64,000 nucleotides of DNA from Chrysomallon squamiferum (lineage: Eukaryota > Animalia > Mollusca). The stretch is from positions 15,066,001 through 15,130,000 of the forward strand of contig CM022668.1 in NCBI GenBank assembly GCA_012295275.1. Direction: 5' to 3'. The position numbers and the translations under genes were made by a program. Shown piece by piece: positions 1 to 14,603 of the stretch. How positions within the stretch are numbered: position 1 is the stretch's first letter; each line of letters begins with the position of its first letter. The notes beneath the pieces were generated by a model. It was not told the DNA's origin and searched no databases. It saw only the letters and a list, made by a program, of their open reading frames with translations.

Positions 1-354
1 AAATGCAAATCTGCGTCATGATAAACAGGTTGTTTGTAAGTAACGTGTATCAGAGAACAGTTTAATTTTTCACTGAATAATAAGCTGTTGATGGCTGCTA
101 ATATTTGGACTGGTTAGTCCGATGGAAGATTATTTTGGTTCCAATTGTTAATATATCGTCGTTGTCGAGGTCGTTGCAGTAGTAGTAGTTGTTGTGGTTC
201 TAGTTTAATTATCTGAAATTACTTTTTTAATCGTTATCGTTCTTTGCGGATTATTGTCAGTAATTGTTAATACTTCCTCATCGTCGTTGTCGTTGTCGTT
301 TTTTTGTTGTGTAGTTTAATTACTGAAATTAGTATTATTATTATTATTATTATT

Positions 355-389
<35 letters not shown>

Positions 390-770
390 TTTTCGTTCTC
401 TGGGGATTATTATCAATAAAGGTTAAACTTTGAACTGTTGTTTTTGTTTTAATAAATTTAAATATTATATGATAATTAGTCCTTCTGTCTGTTTCCAACT
501 TATCATTGTCGATGTTGTTGTTGATGCTTATTTTTTTTTTTTTTACTTTTCAACTCAAATTTTATATTTATCCAAACCCAGCAGCTTTTTACTCGTAACT
601 AGAAATCAAATCATGAAATAAAAAAAAAGCCTCTATATCTTTAAATAAAATAAAATAAAAAAATAAAAAAATAAAAATCCGCCAATAAAACGCCAAAAAT
701 ATGTCGAACCTTTCCCGAAACCTGATGAATTATGAAATATCACAGATGCGTTTATTTATGGCGTCGTGCT

Positions 771-916
771 CTATTTTTAGTAACACTAGCGCCACCTGTT
801 GGCGCTGGCGTGAAGGCAAGATCACATAACTAACTGACAGGTGACTAGCATGTTCTTCCTGTCAGAGCTGAGATGAAATTAAGAAAAGGTTAAAGGTGGC
901 GGGGAGGTTACGTAAT
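771..916. promoter_or_regulatory. Motif cluster: MEF2, CTCF-like and PAR-bZIP/NFIL3 sites
   Basis: CTATTTTTAG (771-780); TAGCGCCACCTGTTGG (787-802; reverse complement CCAACAGGTGGCGCTA); GTTACGTAAT (907-916). Motif matches only. Confidence 0.5.
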
Positions 917-1151
917 CTCATATTTTACGCGGCTGACAAAAATCGTACGTATTTCTTTTTTTCAAAACTAGATTATTTTTATTTTTCTGTTTCAATCCAG
1001 TGAAAGAAATGAAATGTAACAGATAAAAGTGTCATATGCAGTTAGGAGAAATACACGCACAGAGAAATATACACATGCATACATATACGTACGTACGAGA
1101 TACAGAGATACATACATACATACATATATTCATACATACAGACATGCAGAG

Positions 1152-1190
<39 letters not shown>

Positions 1191-1196
1191 CAGAGA

Positions 1197-1262
<66 letters not shown>

Positions 1263-1774
1263 CAGAAAGAAATAACCAAAAAAATACCATACTGTGCCTC
1301 ATATGCACGCAGAAACACGAACACACGCACACACGCACACACGCATACAACTGTTTCTAACGGCGCACGAGTCCATGCTTCCACACGAATGAATAACCAT
1401 AAATTTATCTCGGACTGATTTATAACTGTATATTCAGCTCGTAAATTCGAACGGAAATTGCCGAAGATGCGACGTAATTGATTTCCACCCTAAACCGCGG
1501 CGGCACCGGAGTTCTCGCGCTTATTGTGTTTGTGCGATCGACAACGCGTTTCTGGCTGAACAGATCGGCGATGTTGCCAGTATTGGCAGCAATCAATGCA
1601 CAGCTGTGCTATCACCGATTGATCTAAGCTTTGTCACTGTCGAGCGAAAACTGTGTTTAAAGGGTTTGAGGTTTTTTTCACGATTCTATTGTGCTAGCTG
1701 TCGCTTACACGGGCAACCTGTTAATAGGATAACACACGAATCTGATAGTGTGTAATATGAGGAAGATAGGAAAC

Positions 1775-1912
<138 letters not shown>

Positions 1913-2270
1913 TGACAGAGAGAGATCAGAAAGAAATAAACGATCGAAAGAGAATGAAGGAAAATAAAAAAATAATAGGACCGGATATGAAGCAGTGACA
2001 CAGAAAATTTCAGCACATTATATTATTTAGTTTGATTGCCTGAGCCGCGTGGTTTAACTACGCGACTAAGTCGACTTTACGACTGAAGAGCTTGGACGTA
2101 TTATAGGATCCGATGAAGTGAAATAGTAAAATGATTTTCTAAAAAAAAAAATGGAACTTTAAATAAAAACAAAGTTTAATGATTAAGCGATGTAGTGGTA
2201 CGAGTCGCTGAAAGTGTTCAGTGTAAGAGGCGAAAAGCAAGAGAAAGATAGAACAGAGACATACAGAGAC

Positions 2271-2515
<245 letters not shown>

Positions 2516-3649
2516 AATGTGGATGAGTATTGGTAATTCGTGACTTTTAAGCAAACAAATTGAAAAACTCAACTCTCTTCCTAGCTTGCTTCAAGCAAAC
2601 GTTTCTTACAAATACGAATTCCGGATTTACTACAGAGATCTAGTCCTATTCTCTGTTCCGTTCAAATGTTTACATAACCGGAATTACGGATGCAAACCTA
2701 CTCATTCGGTTTGTTTTTGAAAATAGTTAAATAACTGAGTAAACACGTAGGCGTTTAATAGCATAAAAGAACAATGAACAAAAAAATATAAAAGTAATTA
2801 GGGACCTCATATTAGCAATATTGATGATAATAATTATTGTTCAAAGCAGATATCTGAAAATACCTCAGTTAATATAATTAATATGCACATTTTATGTAAT
2901 AATAATCATTTGTATGTATACTATACAGTGAAGATTACTATTTGCGTGTTTGCGTGTTTGTGTGTCTGTGCGTTCATACGTCTGTATCTAAATGGATCTT
3001 TCAGTTTCTTCATTTTATTTTCTTTTTCTCCCCCAATTAAAACCATATTTGTTTTTCAATTACTTTTTCTTTATTTCACAAAAGTCCATCTGTGTGTTTC
3101 TCATTTTTGTTTTCGCAATGTTAATCTTTCATCCCTATTTGTATTAATTTATTTATTTATTTTATGTTTTTTTTTTTTTTTTTTTTCGTTTTAAATCTCA
3201 GAACAAGAATCCTGTAAAGTAGTCACAACAAGTAGAACCACGTTCTTGGAAATCTGCCCGCAGTACACAGCTAAAATAAATTATTTTAATAAGACGATAT
3301 AAAAAGAAGAAGAAGAAGAAGAAGAAGAAGAAGAAGAAGAAGAAAAAAGCCAGATAAAAGTATACACTGGTCTCCCTTATCCTTTCATATAACAACGTAT
3401 TTACACGTTATTTATTGTTTTCAAGAAAAACAAAGAAATGTATTGAAAACCGAAAGAAAAACACGGCAAAAAAAAATATAAATAAATAAAAGTAAAATAA
3501 AATAAAATAAAATAAATACAAAAAAAGGACGATAAAAGGATTTTCTTTTTATTTATATTTCCGACTCTCACCGTTTCTTTCTCTCTATCTCATTCCATCT
3601 ATCTGTCTTCTATGTATATATATATCACACACTCATTCACACACACACA

Positions 3650-3780
<131 letters not shown>

Positions 3781-4560
3781 TCTCTCTCTATATATATAAA
3801 TATATATATATATAATACACACACATATGTGCCATATATGAAATATGTTCTTTATATTTGTACTGATTTATAAAACAACTCATAGCTCCACTGAGCTAAT
3901 TTATTTTCCAATCTAAGCGTGGCTTATCAAAGATATGGTACGTACTGCTCTGTCTATAAGAAAACACATATTAAAGATTCTTTCTTTGTTAGTTTAACAC
4001 GTAAGAAGAAGAATTTTGGATAACACAGTAACAAATGTATTATTTAATAAAATAAGAAAATAATAAAAAGAGAGAGAGAAAAAAGACGAAATAGATGTAG
4101 AAATAGATAGATGGATGGATGGAATGAATATATGGACAGATCGATGTATGGGTAGAAGGACAAAAAAGAAGACAGGTAGAAAGATACAAATATAGACAGA
4201 CTGACCAAGAGACAGATAGACAGACAGATGAATAGACAAATATACAATATAAATTTATATATATATATACTATTATTTCAAAATACTGTTTGAACAACAA
4301 TAATAATAATAATTATACTACTATCACTACTAATGATTATGATGATTTTTTAATAATAATAATAATAATAATAATTATAATAATAATAATCATAATAACA
4401 ACAATATAAATAACAGAAACAAAGAAACACACACACACACACAAAGAAGAAGAAATGGAAAAAAACAAAAAATAAATGAAGTCTCATAATGTTATTTACA
4501 ATCTCTTTACATCTATTTTAAGTTAATTTTTCTACCATTTGTCCAGCAGTAAACAAAATC

Positions 4561-4601
<41 letters not shown>

Positions 4602-5291
4602 CTGACTCAATGCAGCGACAAGCGTAATAATGTCATCACACAGATAAAACTCAGAATTAACGCTAGATTTCAGCTTGGTTGTTAAGTACAGTGGCTATTT
4701 TTAACGTAATAGAATTAGCAGATATAAAACAAACGGTGGAGTCGTAATTTCTCAAACGGTTCATTACGCAGTGAAGAACTCATAGCGTGCATGTTTATGG
4801 GCTAGAATTGAGTAAGAAATGCATGGCAGAGACATTAGAGGTATTTTACACACACCTGGGTACAGAGGTATAATTTATAAATTGACAAACAAATATATAC
4901 CACGCTCATATTCAACCATATAAATCAGTTAATTATATATGTATAGAGGAAATAAAAAAAAAATAAAAATAAAAAATAAAAAATAAAATAGAATAAAATA
5001 AAATAAAATAAAATGAAAAAGAAGAGATTCACTTTTATTTACGTACGTACATATGCACTGCAGAATCGTACACATGTAGTCTCTCACCTGTACTGCATCA
5101 CGTGACCATTCTGGCGTAAAAGACAAACTAACATCTCTACTTAACCATGGGACTATTCCGTCATACTAACATATACTCATACTAACACGCTAACTCCTGT
5201 ACTCTGATCTCACTCAGACACTGGATCACGTTCTCACTAACAAACTAACCCTTGTACATTGATCACAATCGTGCTGGATCATGTTATCACA

Positions 5292-6040
5292 AACAGATTA
5301 ACTCCTGCATTTCGACTTTTTTTCATACACTGTTGTCACAAACAGACTAACTCATAGTTTGACTACTCCTAACTGGGTCGTGTTCTCACTAACATACTAA
5401 CTCATAGTTTGACTACTCCTAACTGGGTCATGTTCTCACTAACATACTAACTCATAGTTTGACTACTCCTAACTGGGTCATGTTCTCACTAACATACTAA
5501 CTCATAGATTGACTACTCCTAACTGGATCATGTTCTCACTAACATACTAACTCCTGCATTTCGACTTTTTTTCATACACTGTTGTCACAAACAGACTAAC
5601 TCATAGTTTGACTACTCCTAACTGGGTCGTGTTCTCACTAACATACTAACTCATAGTTTGACTACTCCTAACTGGGTCGTGTTCTCACTAACAGACTAAC
5701 TCATAATTTGACTACTCCTAACTGGGTCGTGTTCTCACTAACAGACTAACTCATAATTTGACTACTCCTAACTGGGTCGTGTTCTCACTAACAGACTAAC
5801 TCATAATTTGACTACTCCTAACTGGGTCGTGTTCTCACTAACAGACTAACTCATAATTTGACTACTCCTAACTGGGTCGTGTTCTCACTAACAGACTAAC
5901 TCATAATTTGACTACTCCTAACTGGGTCATGTTCTTCTCATAATTTGACTACTCCCTAACTGGGTCGTGTTCTCACTAACAGACTAACTCATAGTTTGAC
6001 TACTCCTAACTGGGTCATGTTCTCGCTAACATACTAACTC
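5292..6040. repeat. 50-bp minisatellite with two unit types; degenerate units extend left to about 5120
   Basis: Unit A AACAGACTAACTCATAGTTTGACTACTCCTAACTGGGTCGTGTTCTCACT starts at 5341, 5391, 5441, 5491, then 5590, 5640 ... 5890; a 49-bp variant B (…CCTGCATTTCGACTTTTTTTCATACACTGTTGTCACA) starts at 5292 and 5541. Confidence 0.97.
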
Positions 6041-6185
6041 GCGTTATTGCTAATACGACTAATCACTAACATTATAACATTATAACACCAAAAGTTTTAC
6101 CACTTGAAATATATTATTAACATACTAACATTAATGCTGAAGCATGTAACCACTGCACACATCCCTATTTAGCAGCAGCAGTAGC

Positions 6186-6228
<43 letters not shown>

Positions 6229-6839
6229 GCAACAGCAACAATAATAATAATAATAATAACTACTTTACTTTTGTTGTTCTTCAGTGGTTCCTCTTTAGAG
6301 GTTTCTGATTTCTTTAACTGCTGTAGTTAACAGTAATTATCAGTTAACTAACCCGCTCATTTTTCAAACAGAAAATACTAACAAAAAAAAACCACAAAAA
6401 AACCCACAACAGAAACGGAAATCAGTTACTGTTAAATAATAGCAACGTGAAAGCCATGAGCAATATAAAACCATTTTACTGCTCTTTTTTTTCTTTTTTC
6501 TTTCTTTCTTTCTTTCTTTCTTTCTCAAATGGGTAAATCATTAATTTGTAATTTAATATTTACGATCATTTTAAAAATAATAACACGAGATAGCACTATC
6601 CTTTGTATCCAATTATACGAACGTCAAATTTTTTTTAAGTACCGGTTCGTTTCCAATGAGTGTTTTCTGTTTTTACTCTTAGAGAAAGACGTATTGACTA
6701 CGTTATTGGTAGAAACAGACAGCGAGATCGGACCAGCTGTTGGCTAGTGTCAGAATATTCATGACGTATCTTGCGTGAAATGAACAACAAAATGGCGGTT
6801 CAAAGAGGGACGGTATCAATGATTCTAGGTACATATATT

Positions 6840-6921
6840 AGTTTTGTTGTTGTTGTTGTAGTCATCGTCCTTGTTATTATTATCATTATCATTATTATTG
6901 TTATTATTATTATTATTATTA

Positions 6922-6970
<49 letters not shown>

Positions 6971-7101
6971 TTAGTACTAGTGGTAATAACAGTAGTAGTT
7001 TCAGTGACAATAGTAGCAGTAGGGGTAATAGTAGTAGTAATAGTACTATTAGTAGTAGTAGTAGTAGTAGTAGTAGTAGCATAACTAGTAGTAGTAGTAA
7101 T
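6840..7101. repeat. Compound trinucleotide low-complexity tract (GTT/ATT/AGT)
   Basis: Seen directly; source of the poly-I/L/N/S ORFs. Confidence 0.95.
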
Positions 7102-8411
7102 TTCACTGAAAGTGGTAATAGTGATGGTTTCGGGACATTATTGTTGTACTTGCCGCTGCTGTAGTTGTAATCGTAACATTTATTTATTTGATGTAATCAT
7201 TGAATGAATGGATTTTGTGCTCGTTTAATAATTATGTAGGACAATAATTTGTTAAACATTTTTTAACTAGGAACATTTTTAAAAGAATCTACTGTGTCTA
7301 ACATGATCTCATACATTTTTAACTCAAATGTTATTAATTTCAGAAAATTATGCAATAATTCCATATTAAAAACACCAGTTTAAAAAAGCGATATTTTCTG
7401 TACAATTTAAAACCCACTTTAGCAAAAAAAAAAAAAATACATTTTAATATTATTTAAAACTGCAGTTTAGAAACAGAGCTTGATAAGCATTATCTTGAAA
7501 GACAGTATCCGACATTTATCAAAGTAATATTTTAATTAATTTAATATTCATTTCACAGTTGTTTCATATATAAACCCTTCCTGTTCGCGACCTGTTCAAT
7601 AATTAGACACATTTTTTGTATCCGATTATTTAATAACGAAACAAAATCATCCCTTACCTTCGATCATCTTCTCAATCGGACCCCAAATTTTATATTTTTA
7701 GATTAATTATGATCCATGCTGTCAGCTTCATATACTTTCTATACAGCAAACTTTACATTCAAATTTTAGAAGGAGTTGTCTCATTACGGAAAAAAAAAAT
7801 ATGGTTTAAATTGACTTAATGTGTCATACATGTGAATAATATAACGCACTGTGTATTTGTTTTCTCGCCCACTTTTGCTTTGCTTAGTCTATAACACAGA
7901 GAAGGCAGTACACGATTTTATGACACACCTTGTTATTTCATACATATCAACGTAATCATATGGTTGTAGTGTTTTGAAATGTTATTTAATGCTCTGGAGT
8001 AAAATGGATCTGAATATTTGAAGGTATTATAGGAGTTACGTTATAAACGTTAATGTTTTATATTTCATGGTAAATAATCAGACTTTATAGTTCTAATACG
8101 TTATGCAAGAATGATCTTTTTAAAAAAAAAATAAAATAAAAATAAAAATAAAAATTAAGAACATAGAATAAATGTGTTTTGAAAACTTTAATAATAATGA
8201 TAATGTTTATGATGGTTATGATAGCATCAGCAACAATAACATGATTAAATAAATGAATAAATAAATATATAGCAAAAGGGAACGGAAAGGGAACGGAAAG
8301 AGAGAAGAAAGAATAAAATAATGAAAAAGACAGGTAAGTTAGAATGATAAATAATGACAGAGAGAAAGAGTGTGAGAAAAAGAATGAAGATGAAGAAGAA
8401 GAAGAAGAAGA

Positions 8412-8475
<64 letters not shown>

Positions 8476-8814
8476 AAGAAAGAGAAAGAGAAAATTAGGC
8501 TAACAACAAAATATTTTGATCTTTCCTCATTTCACCAAAATATTCTACCAAACATTATCACCATTAAACCTGAACATTAGTACATTCACCTTAAACAACT
8601 AGATTAATTTATTTAAAAAAAAAAAAAAAAACCTTTATCAAACACAAACATAATTACTTTTACAATAAAAATATACTTCTACACAGATAAAACATTTTTT
8701 TTAAAAATTCCCCCCCCCCAAAAAATAAATAAATCACGAGACCTGATGCTTTAAACGCATCCAACGATCGGAAAAAAAGGGGAGGGAAGTAAATAGGTCA
8801 AGATAATTTCCGTC

Positions 8815-8828
8815 GTCTCCATGGAAAC
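8815..8828. promoter_or_regulatory. RFX X-box-like motif
   Basis: GTCTCCATGGAAAC resembles the X-box consensus GTNRCCATGGYAAC; ACGTCA half-CRE overlaps its end. Confidence 0.35.
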
Positions 8829-9213
8829 GTCAGCGTTTTGTGTATAAGACTGATTACACAAAGCAGGTTTGTACTTCGTTTGCTGGGTCGTTAGCGCTAA
8901 ATAAACTAGTAAGTGCTGAACGAAATGCCATTTTACAGAGCAGAGAAGAGAGAGGAAAAAAAAAAAAAAAAAAGAAGAAGAAAAACTCTAAACGAACCTT
9001 CTCCCCGCTCTGTTTCGTGCTGGGAGTGATTATCAGAACGTTGCTAGGAATCGTTCAGTTTATCACTGTTATAAAGACGAGCTTTGTTAATGGCATGTTT
9101 GGAAAATGCTTTCAGGAAATAAAAAATAAAAAAGATAAAAAAAAATAAAAAAGAGAGAGAGCGAGAGAGAGTAAGAAGAAGAGGGAGGGAGAGAGAGAGA
9201 GAGACAGAGAGAC

Positions 9214-9257
<44 letters not shown>

Positions 9258-9343
9258 TGAAGAGAGGGGTTAGAGAGAGAAAAGAAAGGAAGGTGAAAGG
9301 ATGAATAAGAGAGAGAGAAAAGAAAAACGAAAGGAGAAGGGGT

Positions 9344-9397
<54 letters not shown>

Positions 9398-9547
9398 AAG
9401 AAAAAAAAAGGAAGGGTGAAAGGATGAATAAGAGAAAAGAGAGAGAGAAAAAAAAAGACTGATAGAGAAAATGACTGATAGAGAAAAGGAATGAGAGAAA
9501 AAGGTAAAGAATACATTTATATTTACATGAGAGATAGATAGAGAGAG

Positions 9548-9617
<70 letters not shown>

Positions 9618-9670
9618 TGTGTGTGAAACTGTTTCTGCCAGCTAGTTTACATCTATGCAATGTGTATGTG

Positions 9671-9717
<47 letters not shown>

Positions 9718-11197
9718 GATTACGCCTGTTTGTGAGTTCACATAATTTACACACATATGACATAATGACATGCAAAGGGTAAGGAAAGTAAGGTTTATAT
9801 TCATAACCTGTAAATTATAGATCACCCGTTCTATTTCTGTCGGAGTAAAAATAACGTAGTTAAAAATGCATGATGCGAAACGGCCGTGTAATGAAGAAGA
9901 AAACAAAACGTTTCTGAATAACAGAACAAATATAGAACTGAAAACGAAAGCAGTTTAATGTGTTTGGTATCCAGTGAAGACGGCCATAACAATAAATAAT
10001 TAAAAAATAATACTTTTAAAATGTATTGATTGCGTTGTACTTTACATGTGACCTCTAATTATATGCTATAAAATTATATATGTCTTTCTGTCTGTCTGTA
10101 ATATTATATTACAGTACAATACAATAGAATATAATGTAATGTCATATAATATTCAATAATATAATACAAAATAATATATATAAAAAATAATGATATTTTG
10201 CTGATACATATATATATATTCACTTTAAATAATTCAGATATATAGGTATAGGCACAAATATATTCATGCCTTGATATATACCATAAATAAATAAATGAAT
10301 AGGTAGTTAAGTAAATTAGTAAGTAAATAAATAAATATATTTTTTTATCCATTACATAAACATTCAGATTATGGTTGATTGTTTTTTTAAATTTTTATTA
10401 TCATTACGACGCTTAATGTTATCATTCATATCATTTCACGGTGCTGCATGTTATTTGTCTTTCAGAAAACCTGACTGGTATCAATCGCCCGAATTCGTTC
10501 TGTTGCGTCGTCAGCTTATCAGTGCAGTTTCGCGTTCTTAGCTTCAGAAAACTGATACTATTGTATAGCGTTAATATTTTAACAACTTCCTGTATTTGCT
10601 TTTTTATCAAGCAAAATATCAATACCGTGTCAGCTCTGCATATAAATGTAATTCATATTTACAGTCATATTAATGTTGAGTTTTGGTGGTTAAAATACGA
10701 GAATGAGGAGCGTTTGGCACGAGGGTCAATTCCCGTCACGTCTGATCTTGGTCGCTAACTTTTCATTTGCGTCTAGGATCGATCCTTTGGTGTACTTTTC
10801 TTTCTATTTGACACACACACATACAGACACACACACACAAGCACAGAACATACACACACACACACACTTACATTAAAAGAATATTAATGTCTATGCTCAC
10901 AGATTTCTAGATCATATGCAACGAAGATATCTGTCATTTATCATTTGACGTCATCCCTATTGTTTTCACATCATAAATAGCGTTATAGTAACAGGATTAA
11001 TTAAAACTGCATGCTCACTCTTTCTCTATCGACAACAGACACACACACACAGACACACACACGCACACACAAATAAACACATGGGAACCATAGACAGTTA
11101 AGCTTACACAGATACGCACGAACTGCAAATACATACACACACACTAACTACATTTAAACACGTAATTACGAAACAACATAATATAACCTACACAAAC

Positions 11198-11288
<91 letters not shown>

Positions 11289-11583
11289 AACACACAGGAA
11301 TATTTATACTTAAATCTAGGGCGGGCTTGAATCAGCCACAGTTTGACTCTAACCAATCTAGCAGAGAACACGAGTGTGTACGATTTAAATAAACAGGTAG
11401 GGAGATGAAGGAAACCTTGCCGAGTCAGATAACGACTGGGAGAGAGACTAGACGTGAAGAGATGATTTACCAGAATGGGAAACGTATGAAGTTACACTTT
11501 CAAAAAAAAAAAAAAATTCCAGATGCATCTTGTAATTTTTTTGTGGCCTCCGCCAGCGTTTGGAGAAACCGTAGTAGTTAGAG

Positions 11584-11616
11584 GTGCTATTTTTAGACGT
11601 AGGCTCTGACGTCAGA
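11584..11616. promoter_or_regulatory. MEF2 + CRE composite element
   Basis: CTATTTTTAG (11587-11596) ten bases from TGACGTCA (11607-11614), which sits in the palindrome TCTGACGTCAGA. Confidence 0.55.
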
Positions 11617-11642
11617 AGCCAGGTATCGTTGTTTGTTGAGAG

Positions 11643-11682
<40 letters not shown>

Positions 11683-12507
11683 AAAAGAAGTGGATATGGA
11701 AGAAAGTGTTTCCTGTTATTAAATGCTTTACTTGTGAGTCAGAGAAAATAAAAGATCTTATAGTTTTATTTATTTATTGGTTTTTTTTTTTGTCAAATTC
11801 GTTTTTATTCTTTGTTTTCCTTTTTGCGTTTACGTTTAACTATTTTATTGCCACTTGAGTTGTTTTATTTTGTTGTTGTTTTTTTTTTTTCTTTTTTCAT
11901 TTTATGAAACTGTTGCGTGTTTTTTTTTTTTTCATTTCCTTTTTGTTTATTTTTTTTTTTTTTTTGTTTTGTGTGTTTCATCTTTTCACTATCAACTATA
12001 AATATATATTAAGAACAGCAACATACAAGTACTTACAAAAAATTATATAATCTATATTCTAGAATTAATAAAATCAAACGCTTTTGTTACAGAAAAAGAG
12101 AAATTTTAATAGTTATTATTTAAAAAAAAAAAAAAAAAAAAAAAAACATAACGAAAACAAACATCGGACTAATCAATGGTTTCACTGACCAATGAAGCCG
12201 GATCTTTATATTATTATTATTATTATTATTATTATATTTATTTATTTATTTATTTATTTATTTATGTATTTATTTATTTATTATTTTTTGTTTATGCTAT
12301 TTTACTTTTGACTATTTAAACAAATAGAAAAAAGAAAAGAGAAAGAAATTGCTCTGTTTTGTTGCTGATGCCAGTAAAATGTCTTACAACGTCTACGATT
12401 ACGTTCAACAGGCAGTAAAGTAGTTTATTTACTTTTCTTCAAGTAAAAGTTCAAAGTGAAATATAACAAACAAAACGTGGTAAGACGCTTGATAACGTCA
12501 AATCTCT

Positions 12508-12593
<86 letters not shown>

Positions 12594-13057
12594 GGTTACT
12601 AGAATCTAATTGTTAGAAATGAATGAATAAATGAATGAATAAATAGATAAATGAATGAAATAAACAAAAATAAACAAAAATAAAATAAAATAAAATAACA
12701 GATTGTAATATTTCTTTAAGAACAGTAAACGTAATTAATTTCTTTTGTTAAAATATCTGTCTGAAGGAAGTAAATAAATAAATAAATAAAAGATCAAACC
12801 TAAATCTTAAAACAATTAAGAAGGTGAAAACAAATAATAAGATCTATAACAAATATTATATCATGAAAACTGTGATTTTGTTAAAATATCGATAACGATT
12901 ATGTTGCAACACAAATACATTATGTTAAAACAGTTTATAAGTGAATAATACAATAATAATGACAATTATATAATGTTGATGACAACCATAGATAAAATCG
13001 ATGAAATAATAACGATAATAATTAAACACAACCACAACGACAATAAAAATAATAATC

Positions 13058-13116
<59 letters not shown>

Positions 13117-13500
13117 TGATGATGAAAGTTTTGATTTCACAAAATTTAAATTAAAATGGTTAAACAATTTTTATAAGACTAATATTTATATCCTTCTTCT
13201 AGACCACGGGGATAGCTATAGAACTGCAAAAATAAGACAATAACGAGAAGTTTCTCAAACACAAATATACAACTCTTTAAACTTCAATTCGTCATTTCAG
13301 AACAACATTCAAAGATGTTGACTTTTCTCTTGTGGAAACAGCCACAACAGAATCTGGACCCATTATCTTCATTATCAGCTACTACACCGAGAACAAGGTA
13401 GATAAATGTAAGCAGCAGCTCTGCGTTAGCACATTACATTTCAAATCATCACGCTATATATATATATATATATATACCTAACACGTGTTGCATTTCGTCA

Positions 13501-13557
<57 letters not shown>

Positions 13558-14182
13558 TAACGGTGATAAAATGGTGATATCATTAACGTGAGAGAAAGCT
13601 TTATTACCTCATTTCTTATCAGATGACAGCACATGTCTGCGAAAATTCCAAGTTAAACAATCTACGGTGCAAAGATAAAGGGAAACGTAATACAAACAAC
13701 AAATATACGTACAAAAAAAAAAAAAAAATTAACAAAAATTTTTAAAATGTGGTGCTCTAAAATAAAAGGAGGAAATGAGATAAGACAGACACAGACATCT
13801 GCATAACGTGAAACTGACGGAACAGACAATATTTAACAAAACTACAATATGTTATTATTATTATATATATATATTTTTTTTTTGGTTCGTTTGCGCAATA
13901 CATACCACCAAATCTGTGAACCCCACATCTTAAAATGTTTCCTCAAAGAAGAAGTGTTTGTAATTTGTTGGCAGGAACAAAAACAGGAATCCAGCTTCAG
14001 GTAAAACAGTGTGTTCATCACCTACTCCTTTCATGGGTATCAGTCACATATATATGTATATATATATATATATAAACACCTTGATTGCACTCACTCGAAG
14101 TTTCGAAAAATAACTAAACCAAGGTTTTATGTCACCTTTCAAACATAATACACAGCATTCTCTAAAGCCATCAAACTATTTT

Positions 14183-14213
<31 letters not shown>

Positions 14214-14433
14214 ACAAAGTCAGCTAATCCTGTACGAACCCGCAGCTGGTTCGCGAACTTGTGGCAGAATCGGCATTTTTAAAATTGTTGTTTTTTTTTG
14301 TTTTATTTAAACGAGCTACTTCCGTAAAGCTGGCCAGGATTCGAAGAAATTCGATTCCATGGTTTCGTTCAAGAGGTGCAGTCTCGCGTAGTGATACTGA
14401 GATGATGGGCTGGCTATTCGGCCGGCAGCTCGG

Positions 14434-14465
<32 letters not shown>

Positions 14466-14565
14466 AGGAGTCTGAAGAGGTCGGAAACATCAGGAATCAA
14501 CGGAGAGGTGATGGCACCGCGATATTTTAAACAACAACCACAACAAACCGACGACGACGATGATA

Positions 14566-14603
<38 letters not shown>

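Noticed and set aside
5120-6040. CRISPR array
   Set aside because: Most units are identical end to end with no unique spacers, no cas genes, eukaryotic context; it is a minisatellite.
7655-7700. Minus-strand donor AAG|GTAAGG after ATGATCG, and a similar one near 24753
   Set aside because: No sustained open frame, acceptor or promoter-like context.
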